Positions 9,920 through 19,070 of a stretch of DNA of 64,000 nucleotides are shown one piece after another. Source of the DNA: Candidatus Gottesmanbacteria bacterium RIFCSPHIGHO2_02_FULL_39_11 (GTDB taxonomy: Bacteria; Patescibacteriota; Microgenomatia; 2-02-FULL-39-11); assembly GCA_001779195.1 (NCBI GenBank), contig MFJL01000041.1:16881-80880 (forward strand), written 5' to 3'. Within the stretch, counting starts at the first letter, position 1. Each line of letters begins with the position of its first letter. The position numbers were made by a program, and so were the translations under genes. The notes beneath the pieces are model-generated. The model saw only the letters and a program-made list of their open reading frames with translations, was not told the origin of the DNA and made no database searches.

Positions 9920-10399
9920 ATGGAAAATAACCGTCAAAAAACATCAGTTAACCACCCCGCTGACGAGGAAAAAATGCTTCACGATCTGGAAAGCAGGAAA
10001 AATCCCGGAAAACAGGTGCTACTTGGAATTATTTTAATTGTTGTGGTGGGAATCGGAAGCGGATATGCCCTTTTTAAAGTAGTCGGAGCAAATAACTTAG
10101 AGAGCGGTATTTCCGGAAGTGCTTCCTCAGGATCAGTCAAAAAAGTGGTAGTGGGGGCAAAAGATCCCAGCAGTTTAAAAGACAGTGCACAAGGCGAGCT
10201 TCAAGAGGGAGGGATTGACGGAGAGGGCACTCATAAACTTCTTCGTCCCGGAGGAGAAAGTCAAACGGTCTATTTAAATTCATCAACACTTGATCTAACT
10301 CCCTTTGTAGGTAAAAAGGTCAAAGTATACGGTGAGACATTTGCAGGCAAAAAAGCAGGATGGCTTATGGATGTCGGTAAAGTAGAAGTTTTGCAATAA
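9920..10399 (+). CDS. Membrane-anchored hypothetical protein with a small beta-rich (OB-like) domain
   Basis: One N-terminal TM; tightly spaced between prfB and ftsE. Confidence 0.6.
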   Translation: MENNRQKTSVNHPADEEKMLHDLESRKNPGKQVLLGIILIVVVGIGSGYALFKVVGANNLESGISGSASSGSVKKVVVGAKDPSSLKDSAQGELQEGGIDGEGTHKLLRPGGESQTVYLNSSTLDLTPFVGKKVKVYGETFAGKKAGWLMDVGKVEVLQ

Positions 10400-10427
10400 T
10401 AAATTTTTTCCCTCAAAAATACGCGTT

Positions 10428-11105
10428 ATGATTCGTTTTGTTGGTATTTCAAAAACATATCCAAGCGGCAACATTGCTTTAAAAGATATTAACCTTTCAA
10501 TTGCGGACGGAGAATTTGTTTTTTTGATCGGATCATCCGGGGCCGGTAAGACAACCTTGCTTCGACTTTTAGACCGGGAACTTGCTCCTACCTCGGGGCA
10601 TGTGTATATAGATGATGTCAATATTTCATCACTTTCTAAGAATCGGGTGTATGAGTTTAGACGGAAGATGGGATTTGTGTTTCAGGACTTTAAACTTCTT
10701 TCCGACCGGACTGCTGCTGAAAATATAGGAGTGGTCCTTGAGATTATGGGCAGGAATAGGGGCGAGATTGAAAAAAAAGTAAAAGAAACGCTTCAATTTG
10801 TAGGTCTGACTGATAAAATGGATTATTTTCCGGTACAGTTATCTTTAGGTGAACAGCAGAGAGTAGCAATAGCCCGGGCAATTATAGGAGGAGCCAAAAT
10901 TTTACTTACGGATGAGCCTACCGGAAATCTGGACCCTAAAACATCTTGGGAAATTCTTAAGATTATCTCTGATATAAATAAATCTGGGACAACGGTTATA
11001 ATGGCAACCCATAACGCAGATATTGTAAACAGCATGAGAAAACGGGTCATCACCCTTAAAAAAGGTGAAGTTATAAAAGATGAAAAGAAAAGCAGATACG
11101 GGTAA
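10428..11105 (+). CDS. ftsE: Cell division ATP-binding protein FtsE
   Basis: GSSGAGKT, VFQDFKLL, DEPTGNLDP; adjacent to ftsX. Confidence 0.93.
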   Translation: MIRFVGISKTYPSGNIALKDINLSIADGEFVFLIGSSGAGKTTLLRLLDRELAPTSGHVYIDDVNISSLSKNRVYEFRRKMGFVFQDFKLLSDRTAAENIGVVLEIMGRNRGEIEKKVKETLQFVGLTDKMDYFPVQLSLGEQQRVAIARAIIGGAKILLTDEPTGNLDPKTSWEILKIISDINKSGTTVIMATHNADIVNSMRKRVITLKKGEVIKDEKKSRYG

Positions 11106-11108
11106 CCT

Positions 11109-12017
11109 ATGACATCATCAGTTTCTTTTTTTAAGAGAATCAGGCGTACTCCATATCAGGCTTTGGCTGCTATTTTTATGATTTTTGTGACCCTTCTTGT
11201 GACCGGCGTATTTATTGTACTTGCGCTAGGATCCTCATCTCTTATTTCTTATTTTGAATCCAAACCTCAACTGACAGTATTTTTTAAAGATGAGAAAGAT
11301 AAGGAAAGCATAGACAGTCTTACTCAAAAGCTTAAAAATACGCAAAAAGTATCCACTGTACAATTTATTTCAAAAGAACAGGCGCTTGAAGTATATAAAG
11401 AACAGAATAAGAACGACCCTTTGCTTCTTGAGATGGTGACGGCGGAGATACTGCCTGCATCTTTGGAAATTTCGGCAACCAGCCCTGAATATTTAAGTGA
11501 ATTAAATGACATGGTAAAAAAAGAACCGGGAGTAGATGATGTCGTTTTTCAAAAAGATGTAGTCGATACTCTCATCACATGGACAACTATTCTTCGGAAA
11601 GTTGGAATTGTATTTATCATTTTTCTTCTTGTTGCAACACTTTTTATACTCCTGACAACAATCGGAATGAAAATTGCTTTGAGAAAAGAGGAAATCGAAG
11701 TTTTAAATCTAATTGGGGCTAGCAACTGGTATATAAGAAAACCTTTTATCAAAGAAGGACTTGTGTACGGACTGGGAGGAAGTATCGGTGCGTCTTTGGT
11801 AATCACCCTTTTTCTTCTCTATTTTGAGCCTTTTGCACAGTCTTTTTTAAGAGGCATACCGGATCTGACACTATTTAAATTAAACGAAGTCACGGTTTCC
11901 ATATGGCCTCCTAATATGTATTTTTATATTTTAATTTGGGCAGTAATCATGATAAGCGGAATGGTCATCGGTCTTTTGGGAAGCAGTATCGCATTGTCGA
12001 GGTATCTAAAAGACTAA
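11109..12017 (+). CDS. ftsX: Cell division permease FtsX
   Basis: TM - extracellular domain - 3 TM layout; RKEEIEVLNLIGASNWYIRKPFIKEG. Confidence 0.93.
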   Translation: MTSSVSFFKRIRRTPYQALAAIFMIFVTLLVTGVFIVLALGSSSLISYFESKPQLTVFFKDEKDKESIDSLTQKLKNTQKVSTVQFISKEQALEVYKEQNKNDPLLLEMVTAEILPASLEISATSPEYLSELNDMVKKEPGVDDVVFQKDVVDTLITWTTILRKVGIVFIIFLLVATLFILLTTIGMKIALRKEEIEVLNLIGASNWYIRKPFIKEGLVYGLGGSIGASLVITLFLLYFEPFAQSFLRGIPDLTLFKLNEVTVSIWPPNMYFYILIWAVIMISGMVIGLLGSSIALSRYLKD

Positions 12018-12153
12018 ATCCGAAATAACTATTTAAATCCGAAACTCGAGATCCGATGCGAATTATAAATCTTAAATTTTAATATAGTTTCGAATTTCGT
12101 TTACCCTGGAAATTTCTTAAGAAATTTTCATGGGATATTCGAATTTAGAATTT
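12017..12153. repeat. Intergenic short-period (AAATCCG/TTCGAAT-type) repeat tract with an inverted second half and a nested TTTAC hairpin
   Basis: aaatccgaaat..aaatccgaaactcgagatccg / tttcgaatttcg..ttcgaatttagaattt. Confidence 0.6.
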
Positions 12154-12166
12154 TTTTACTGTATGT

Positions 12167-13378
12167 ATGAAGTCAATAAGATCCCTGCTTTTAAGCATAT
12201 TATTTATAATTTTTCTTCTCACCCCCGCTTATGTAATTTCTGCTTCCTGTCCGACAGATGATCCGTGTCGAGATCTTGGAAGCGCCTTTGAAAAAGTCTC
12301 CTGTTATACAGATACGGTCAATCGGTGTGCCAACGAACGGGAGAGTATGCAGGCGCAGATTGTGTATCTCTCAACCCGGATTGAACTTACTAAATCAAAA
12401 ATTGATTCCGCCAAACAAAAAGTAGAACAGCTTGAAAAAGAGATAACAACACTGGATGGCAAGATAACCAATCTTGAAAACTCTCTGACGAAAACTACCA
12501 ACCTTTTTATAGACAGAACCGCCGCCTCCTATAAATACGGAGGGGTGTCCTACCTCAGCTTAATTCTTTCGACACAAAAATTTTCTGATTTTTTTAATAG
12601 ATTCAAATATATTCAAACGGTCCAGACACATGACAGGCAAATCCTTTTTCAACTCCAAAACAGTAAAGAGAACTTTAAAGAACAGAAAACCCTGCGGGAA
12701 GAAAAAAAAGTTGAATTGGAACAAACTCAGGCACAACTCGTAAAAGACCAGGCAACCTTAGATCTGCAAAAAAGAGATAAAGAAGTTTTTCTCTCCGTCA
12801 CTAAAAATAGTGAGAAAATTTATCGTCAGAATCTGGAGGCAGCAGCGCGTGAAGCGGCTACCATTCAACAGGCAGCTTCTATATTATCAGCTGCCGGAGT
12901 ACCTAAGAAAGTTTCAAAAGGAGATGTGATTGGGCTTATGGGTAATACCGGGTTTTCAACCGGATCGCATCTGCACTTTTCCGTATATAATTTAAATGAA
13001 TCAGACCTGAATAAATTTAATTTTGATGTGGGATATGAAAATCCCTTTAATTTACTGACGTCCCGGGATATGCCGTTTAACAAAAACTCCTGTGATGATG
13101 TAGGCAACGATCTGACAAAAAATATAGGTTCCGGATCCTGGGAGTGGCCGATGGCAAACCCCAAAATTTCTCAATGTTTCGGACATACTCCTTTTTCCTC
13201 AGCCTATTATAAATCAGGGATTCATAACGGGGTTGATATGTATGATGATAAAAATTTAGCGATTAAAGCAGTTGATGAAGGGAATGCATATTTTTACCGG
13301 GGAGGGCAAAGTAAAGGAAACGGAGTATTTATTTTTCATGGTAACGGGAAGATGACTCTATATTGGCATCTGCAGTGA
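12167..13378 (+). CDS. Secreted coiled-coil murein hydrolase/activator (EnvC/PcsB-like) with a circularly permuted M23 domain
   Basis: Signal peptide, long coiled coil, GNTGFSTGSHLHF placed before HNGVD; follows ftsEX. Confidence 0.85.
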   Translation: MKSIRSLLLSILFIIFLLTPAYVISASCPTDDPCRDLGSAFEKVSCYTDTVNRCANERESMQAQIVYLSTRIELTKSKIDSAKQKVEQLEKEITTLDGKITNLENSLTKTTNLFIDRTAASYKYGGVSYLSLILSTQKFSDFFNRFKYIQTVQTHDRQILFQLQNSKENFKEQKTLREEKKVELEQTQAQLVKDQATLDLQKRDKEVFLSVTKNSEKIYRQNLEAAAREAATIQQAASILSAAGVPKKVSKGDVIGLMGNTGFSTGSHLHFSVYNLNESDLNKFNFDVGYENPFNLLTSRDMPFNKNSCDDVGNDLTKNIGSGSWEWPMANPKISQCFGHTPFSSAYYKSGIHNGVDMYDDKNLAIKAVDEGNAYFYRGGQSKGNGVFIFHGNGKMTLYWHLQ

Positions 13379-13403
13379 AATTTCACAATTTAACAATTTT
13401 ACA

Positions 13404-14261
13404 ATGATACAATTAAAATTCATTAAAAGAATTTTTGTTTTATTTTTATTAATTTTTTTTACACAGTATTCTTCAGTTTCTGCAGCGCCGTCCTCCATAA
13501 CTCTTTCTGATTTTTCGCCAAGCAGTATTACTGATGCCAATCAGGAAGTAAGTGTAAAAGTAAATCTATCAATTAATTCAGATGATGGGACGGTGTACTA
13601 TTTTCAGGGAGTTTTTTCAAAAGATAATACGATCAATTATTGCGGGTATACCTGGAATGGAACTGACTGGTTTTCCGGTCCCTCAACGGATGAAAGATGG
13701 AAGGAGTTTCTTTCCGTGACCATTTCCTCATCCTCAGCAACCACAACACTCAAGGCAAAGCTTGATACATCAGATTCCGGATGCAGGGAATCCGGAAGTT
13801 ATAAATTTAAAGTTCGAAGATTTACTGCAGGCGGTTCGCCTAATTTCGATGATCAAAATATTCAAACGGTGTCTGTTACGCTTCCTACTCTTACTCCTAC
13901 TCCTAACCCTACCAATACTCCCGCTCCTACGTCCTCTCCTTCCTTAACTCCGAATCCTACAAATACTCCTAAGGTACCCACAAATACTCCTAAACCTACC
14001 GTGAAAATATTACCCACGTCCCGCCCAACTATTTATTCAGATGGGGAAGGATTGGATAAGAGCTCAAGCTCAAGCTCTGAAGAGTTAAAAAGCGATACAA
14101 AAGTATTGGGAGAATCAACTAAGAATGATGAAAATGGATCAGGTTTATCAAAAAGCTCTCCTTATTTTTTCGTGTGGATTTTGATAGGACTCGGGACTGT
14201 ATGTTTTGCAGTCAGCGGGATCAGTATTTATAAGACGGTGAAGAAAGAGAAAAAGATATAG
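13404..14261 (+). CDS. Surface protein: signal peptide, beta-rich domain, Pro/Thr linker, C-terminal TM anchor
   Basis: TPTPNPTNTP repeats, KVLGES, TM followed by a basic tail. Confidence 0.7.
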   Translation: MIQLKFIKRIFVLFLLIFFTQYSSVSAAPSSITLSDFSPSSITDANQEVSVKVNLSINSDDGTVYYFQGVFSKDNTINYCGYTWNGTDWFSGPSTDERWKEFLSVTISSSSATTTLKAKLDTSDSGCRESGSYKFKVRRFTAGGSPNFDDQNIQTVSVTLPTLTPTPNPTNTPAPTSSPSLTPNPTNTPKVPTNTPKPTVKILPTSRPTIYSDGEGLDKSSSSSSEELKSDTKVLGESTKNDENGSGLSKSSPYFFVWILIGLGTVCFAVSGISIYKTVKKEKKI

Positions 14262-14306
14262 ATTGATATTGTTATCCTGACATGATAGGCTAAAACCTTA
14301 AATCTT

Positions 14307-14753
14307 ATGAAAACGATACTAACCGAAACAGCAGGCCAGACCCGAAAATTAGGGGTAAAAATAGGGGAGTCGATAAAGGGGGGAGAGGTGATTTTACTTT
14401 TCGGGCCCTTGGGAAGCGGAAAAACTACATTTGCGGGAGGTCTTGTCACATACCTTAGCGGAATAAAACGAGTCCTCTCCCCTACATATAATATTGTGCG
14501 ACAATATAATCCTAAAAATAACAACTCACTTCTTAGCCATATTTTTCATCTGGATTTATACCGGATCGACTCCCCTTCCCAAGTTCTCAATTTGGGAATA
14601 TGGGATTTATTAGGTCAAAAAAATATACTTATCGTTATTGAGTGGCCTGAGATTATCATTGATTTATTGCCCAAGAGAAGGATTGATATTAAGTTTAAAA
14701 CGATTGATGACGGAAAAAGAGAGATTAAAATTGAAGACTACCAAATTAAATAA
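14307..14753 (+). CDS. tsaE: tRNA t6A biosynthesis ATPase TsaE
   Basis: GPLGSGKTTF, SPTY, HLDLYRI, IEWPE. Confidence 0.95.
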   Translation: MKTILTETAGQTRKLGVKIGESIKGGEVILLFGPLGSGKTTFAGGLVTYLSGIKRVLSPTYNIVRQYNPKNNNSLLSHIFHLDLYRIDSPSQVLNLGIWDLLGQKNILIVIEWPEIIIDLLPKRRIDIKFKTIDDGKREIKIEDYQIK

Positions 14754-14791
14754 AATGCGGACCGAGTTATAAACTCGCTCCGGCAAAAATT

Positions 14792-14870
14792 TGTCATCCT
14801 GAGCTAAAGCGAAGGATCCCGTTGGCTCTACTTAAACCGATCGGGATTCTTCACTTCGTTCAGAATGACG
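14792..14870. repeat. REP/REPIN-like inverted palindrome pair
   Basis: TGTCATCCTGAGC..GCGAAGGATCCC ... GGGATTCTTCACTTCGTTCAGAATGACG. Confidence 0.8.
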
Positions 14871-14886
14871 CATGCGAGTTTAAGTT

Positions 14887-15225
14887 ATGAACCTTCATAT
14901 TGACACTACACACCATAATGGAATTTTTATAAAAGTCTCAGATTCTGAAAAAGAATATTCCTTAAAAAAAGAAACAACGTCATGGGCTTCTCAGATACTT
15001 CTTCCCGCAATTGAGGAGTTGTTAAAAGCTCACTGTTTAACTTTTAAGGATATTTCATCCGTTACAGTTGGAACCGGACCGGGATCATATACGGGAATTA
15101 GAGTCGGAATTGCAGTTGCCCAGACGATTGCCTGGATATTGGATATTCCCTTAAACGGAAAGAAAAATAATACAGTTTCTCCTGTGTATGGAGAGAATGA
15201 TAAGTTTGGAGAGTTAAATGGTTAA
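14887..15225 (+). CDS. tsaB: TsaB, short single-domain form
   Basis: IDTT, GPGSYTGIRVGIAVA; follows tsaE. Confidence 0.85.
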   Translation: MNLHIDTTHHNGIFIKVSDSEKEYSLKKETTSWASQILLPAIEELLKAHCLTFKDISSVTVGTGPGSYTGIRVGIAVAQTIAWILDIPLNGKKNNTVSPVYGENDKFGELNG

Positions 15226-15237
15226 ATTGTTTTATTG

Positions 15238-16752
15238 TTATATGGTTGGAATATGCGGTCCGATCAGAGAAGAAGATTTTCTTTTAAAAATAGCACTGAC
15301 TCGGTCTTCATACAGCAGTTCCCATCTGTTTTCGTTTACTAATGCCAACATTCTTTTGTAGATAGGTTTATGTGTAGAAATGTAAACTGTATCATAGGGG
15401 GATTTATTAATATCCAGAATGTTCTGTTCCAGATAAAAATTATTTTCAAATGCGCTGTAGTCTTTATTATCTCTCCAGAAGGACATGCGTCCGTCAACTG
15501 AGGGTTTAATCTTGGGATAATTCCATATAAGCCATCCTCCCCAGTCATAAAAAGTATAGAGATTTTTATACGGAACTTTTTTTAAAAATTCAGCCGATGC
15601 AAATGAACAGCTTGTATATCTGCAGTAATTTTCCCAACTTAAATTTCTTATTCCATAGGGAGTTACTAGTTTTAGATAAAGTGAGTAGATAATAATTCCA
15701 GAAAAAACAAGAAAGTAAATGATTTTTATGGTTTTTTGTGAAATGACGGAGATAATATTATCCAGATATTTAATAATGGGAATGGATAATAAAAGAAGAG
15801 TCCATGTATATCTGCGGGCGCTAAATGAGAGGAAAAATATTAAAACAAGGGGTAGGATTTCAGGAAGATACTCTCTGAGTTTTTTATTCTTAAAAAGAAT
15901 AAAAATGGAAACTCCTATATAAAGCCCCCAGGAGAGAAGCCTCCACCAATAGATAGTATAGGCATCAAATGAGGTCCACTCGACGATATATTGAGAAAGA
16001 GGATTTCCGAAGTGGTGAAGGGCTTCTCCGTAGATAGATATTCCGAAGGGATTTATGAGAGTTACAAATACTGAAACTAATAACGCAAGTAAAGGTAATA
16101 AGTAATAAAAAATTTTGTGTTTAATATTGGAAAAATATGAAGATGCTGAAACTAGTTCAGCATGACGAGGCAGTAAATTAATTACCAGATAAAATATAGA
16201 CCAAAGAAAGAAAAGTCCTAGTCCTTGGATAAATCCTCCGTGAAAGTTGACCCAAATAAGGAAAAGAAGCGGGAGGAAAAAAAGATATTTGACACTCCCC
16301 TTTTTAAATTTGCTGAAAATTAAATAGGCACAGCAGGTAAACATCAGAGTGACCAGTTGCGCGCGGAATGAGACTTTATTAAGAAGCTCCATAAAGTAGA
16401 GAGTAAGAGGAAAGAGAAAACTCTTTTGCCACCAGGTAAGGGATGCCGATTTTGATATAAAAAAAAGCGTTCCCACAACCGTTAGTGCTCCCAAGAGGGA
16501 AACTCCTAAAAATCCAAGATCGCGATATGCAAAATATGTCACACTATCTGAAAGCCAGGAGTGGTTTATCCAATGATAAGAATTCATTTCAGAGGAAAAA
16601 ATATTGTCTCTTAATATTTTTCCGTGAGTAAAGAAGTATTCTCCGTACTTTAAGTGCCACCCCAGATCAGAATCTATAGGCTGATAGAGAGAAAAAAGAA
16701 AGACAGAAATGTAGGGGAGAATATTAAGAATAATAGGGAAAAGCCGTTTCAT
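15238..16752 (-). CDS. GT-C-like polytopic membrane protein
   Basis: DSDLGWHLKYG, WVNFHGGF, YDWGGWL, VDGRM; about 12 TM. Confidence 0.65.
   Translation of the reverse strand: MKRLFPIILNILPYISVFLFSLYQPIDSDLGWHLKYGEYFFTHGKILRDNIFSSEMNSYHWINHSWLSDSVTYFAYRDLGFLGVSLLGALTVVGTLFFISKSASLTWWQKSFLFPLTLYFMELLNKVSFRAQLVTLMFTCCAYLIFSKFKKGSVKYLFFLPLLFLIWVNFHGGFIQGLGLFFLWSIFYLVINLLPRHAELVSASSYFSNIKHKIFYYLLPLLALLVSVFVTLINPFGISIYGEALHHFGNPLSQYIVEWTSFDAYTIYWWRLLSWGLYIGVSIFILFKNKKLREYLPEILPLVLIFFLSFSARRYTWTLLLLSIPIIKYLDNIISVISQKTIKIIYFLVFSGIIIYSLYLKLVTPYGIRNLSWENYCRYTSCSFASAEFLKKVPYKNLYTFYDWGGWLIWNYPKIKPSVDGRMSFWRDNKDYSAFENNFYLEQNILDINKSPYDTVYISTHKPIYKRMLALVNENRWELLYEDRVSAIFKRKSSSLIGPHIPTI
16141..16167. repeat. 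Palindromic element inserted in frame (encodes RHAELVSAS)
   Basis: AGATGCTGAAACTAGTTCAGCATGACG, same family as the intergenic TGTCATCCTGA elements. Confidence 0.7.
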
Positions 16753-16810
16753 GGAAAGAGAGTATACAGGAAAAAATCCTAAAGTCCAAAGTATGTTTTA
16801 TAACTGCCTC

Positions 16811-16840
16811 TTGACACACGGTTAAAAAAATTCCTATAGT
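16811..16840 (+). promoter_or_regulatory. Sigma70-type promoter P1
   Basis: TTGACA-N18-TATAGT, same geometry as P2 at 18634. Confidence 0.65.
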
Positions 16841-16866
16841 GATATAGATCATTAATAATTTCATTT

Positions 16867-16915
16867 GCTGGCCGCAACCGGAGGCAATCACCTAAATAAA
16901 GGGATTGCTTTTTTT
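16867..16915 (+). promoter_or_regulatory. Leader attenuator copy 1: conserved small hairpin overlapping an intrinsic terminator
   Basis: GCTGGCCGCAACCGGAGGC; GCAATCACCT..AGGGATTGC followed by T7. Confidence 0.65.
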
Positions 16916-17215
16916 ATAAGTTTTTTGTGATTCATCTGCCCGATGAAGTTTTGTTGTCGACTATTGAATTTATAATGAAAATCTGCCCACTGCCCAATTC
17001 TGGCACTTTAGCCTTTTTTAAAAGGGAGAGTGTCTTTTTTTGTGCAGATCTTGTCGAGCTTGCGAGACATAGAGATGCATACCCTGAAAATTTTTTTAAA
17101 TTGCAAAGCAATTTGGAAAAATTTACACAGTAAATTTTTAAAAAATTTTTAGGGTAAGAAATACTGAGACTCACTTTGTTCGTCAAGTATTTCTAACGAA
17201 AGGAGGTGAAAATTT

Positions 17216-17815
17216 ATGAAAAAAAATATATTAGGAGTTATGTTGGGTACCGGTATGCTTTTTGTTTCTGTTCTTCCTGTATTTGCAGCAACTGACAGTT
17301 TCAACATAGCAACCGGATATCGCAGTACTAATAAAAGTAGGATTTTGAATAAAACCACAGCCGATGTTGATGTATTTAATCATGCACATGTGACAAATAA
17401 CATCACAACCAAAAGTGAGAGTGGTAAGAATGATCAAAATTACAACACGTTAGTTTTAGGAACCGGAATTGTTACAGATCCTGCGAGTTCTTCCACAACT
17501 CTAACCAATGGAGTCAATTCTACAGGAGTTTTGGTTGATCAAACCTCTCCTGAGTGCGGATGTGATTTATCTGCCGGAAATAGTTTAACCGGAGCTAAAT
17601 CTCACAATTATGCCAGTGTGAAAAATATTAAAGACGCGGATGTCACTGTTATAAACAGCGCATACGTTTCAAATACAGTATACACTGCTTCTGACACAGG
17701 ACATAACGACTCAAACGGCAATACAGTTGGCGGCAGTATCTCAACAGGCACAGCAACCTCAAGGACAAATGTGACAAATGATGTAAATACGACAACTGTT
17801 GTTGTAGCTCAATAA
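17216..17815 (+). CDS. Secreted Asn/Thr-rich repeat protein A (2 x ~80-aa repeats)
   Basis: Signal peptide ending PVFA; repeats NxxTG.xS.N..N.A.V.N..S.(S/T)G.N..NT..G.I.T; strong GAAAGGAGGTGAAA RBS. Confidence 0.85.
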   Translation: MKKNILGVMLGTGMLFVSVLPVFAATDSFNIATGYRSTNKSRILNKTTADVDVFNHAHVTNNITTKSESGKNDQNYNTLVLGTGIVTDPASSSTTLTNGVNSTGVLVDQTSPECGCDLSAGNSLTGAKSHNYASVKNIKDADVTVINSAYVSNTVYTASDTGHNDSNGNTVGGSISTGTATSRTNVTNDVNTTTVVVAQ

Positions 17816-17844
17816 TTCGTTTCATCAAGAAAGAAACGGGTTAC

Positions 17845-17880
17845 AAAAAGGCGTGAGTATAAAAAACTTACGCCTTTTTT
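17845..17880 (+). terminator. Intrinsic terminator, possibly bidirectional
   Basis: AAAAAGGCGTGAGT-loop-ACTTACGCCTTTTTT. Confidence 0.8.
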
Positions 17881-17992
17881 GCGGCTAATATGCTCCGTAT
17901 GAATTAATTGATATAGTTTGTTATCTTGACATACATTAATTAGGATTGTAATATCGCTGTCACATTCATGAGTATTAATTAGCGCATTATAT

Positions 17993-18637
17993 ATGGATAA
18001 AAACGCAGCCGAAAATGATTTAAATTCTACTGGTGTTAATATAACCAAACCTGTGCACAAAAGAAGACTCTCTTTATTTTTAAAGGCATATAAAAAATTT
18101 TTAATAGTAATTGTTATAGTAATAATAGGACTATTTCTTATTTCAAAAATTTCAACCCCCAAAAATTCCACCAATTCACCTTCTTCTGTTCGTTCGGTTA
18201 CTACAAGAGTTGATAGAAGCTATGACTTTAGTGCATTAAATAATCAGGGGAAGCCAATTCCGACGACTACTGCGAGTCCCAGCCGGATAAAGCTCACCAT
18301 TACCAATGCTGAAAAAACAAGCCAGGTGCTGGTAGGTGATAAAACATTCAGCGCTAAAAACAATAAATTGTTTTTAATTCTAAATTTGGAACTTAGAAAC
18401 GACAGAGCAACTCCTGCAAATATCATTCCGGGCGATCTTATTCGTATGACATACGGAGGTGATGAGAGCCGCAAATTTGCGCCTGACCTTCATAATAATT
18501 TGGTGCCTGTGGCTGCTATATCAACCAAAATTGATCGGGTGGGTTTTGTAGTACCGGATAATGAAAAGATGTTTAAAATATACATAGGAGAATTGGAAGG
18601 AAAGAAAGATATTGTCACAATAGCATTTGGGTCTTGA
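17993..18637 (+). CDS. Membrane-anchored Ig-like (DUF4352-like) protein
   Basis: N-terminal TM; KLFLILNLELRND..GDLIRM..GFVVPD beta-sandwich pattern. Confidence 0.6.
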   Translation: MDKNAAENDLNSTGVNITKPVHKRRLSLFLKAYKKFLIVIVIVIIGLFLISKISTPKNSTNSPSSVRSVTTRVDRSYDFSALNNQGKPIPTTTASPSRIKLTITNAEKTSQVLVGDKTFSAKNNKLFLILNLELRNDRATPANIIPGDLIRMTYGGDESRKFAPDLHNNLVPVAAISTKIDRVGFVVPDNEKMFKIYIGELEGKKDIVTIAFGS

Positions 18638-18663
18638 CAATATATTTTAAAATTAGTTATAGT
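18634..18663 (+). promoter_or_regulatory. Sigma70-type promoter P2
   Basis: TTGACA-N18-TATAGT. Confidence 0.65.
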
Positions 18664-18754
18664 GAAATGAGACTGCCTCGTTTTGTTTATGCGTTAACTT
18701 CTGCCCCCGCATAAATTAATCATATTTTCTGTCCAAATTTATATTTAAAATATA

Positions 18755-18931
18755 ATGGCTGATTACCAGTCATCTATGAATACTCAACTTCTTCTTGATG
18801 AGCTGAAAAAAGCTTTGGCAAATGTACGTCCCTACGGATCTATCGAAATTATTGTACAAAATAATCAAATCACCCAGATAACAGCACGAAATATAAGGAA
18901 GACAACAGGAATTGCAATTGACCAGTTATAG
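18755..18931 (+). CDS. DUF2292/YezD-like small protein (58 aa; absent from the ORF track)
   Basis: Translated by hand: MADYQSSMNTQLLLDELKKALANVRPYGSIEIIVQNNQITQITARNIRKTTGIAIDQL; YGSIEIIVQ..ITQI is the family signature. Confidence 0.8.
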   Translation: MADYQSSMNTQLLLDELKKALANVRPYGSIEIIVQNNQITQITARNIRKTTGIAIDQL

Positions 18932-18937
18932 AAAAAA

Positions 18938-19003
18938 CGTTCTTCGTTTTTCGTGATTCGTATTTCGTTAGGACGAAGAACGAACAACGATAAACGAATA
19001 ACG
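18938..19003. repeat. 7-bp-period repeat tract forming an imperfect hairpin
   Basis: (CGTnnTT)x4-5, then (ACGAnnA)x4-5. Confidence 0.7.
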
Positions 19004-19017
19004 GCATAAAATTTGTT

Positions 19018-19070
19018 GCTGACCGCAAGCGGAGGCAAGAATCTTTATAAAAAGATTCTTGCCTTTTTTT
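19018..19070 (+). promoter_or_regulatory. Leader attenuator copy 2: conserved small hairpin overlapping a strong intrinsic terminator
   Basis: GCTGACCGCAAGCGGAGGC; AGGCAAGAATCTTT-ATAA-AAAGATTCTTGCCT followed by T6. Confidence 0.75.

Noticed and set aside
16927-17186. 68-aa (+) and 84-aa (-) ORFs in the gene A leader
   Set aside because: No RBS or recognisable motif; better explained as leader sequence
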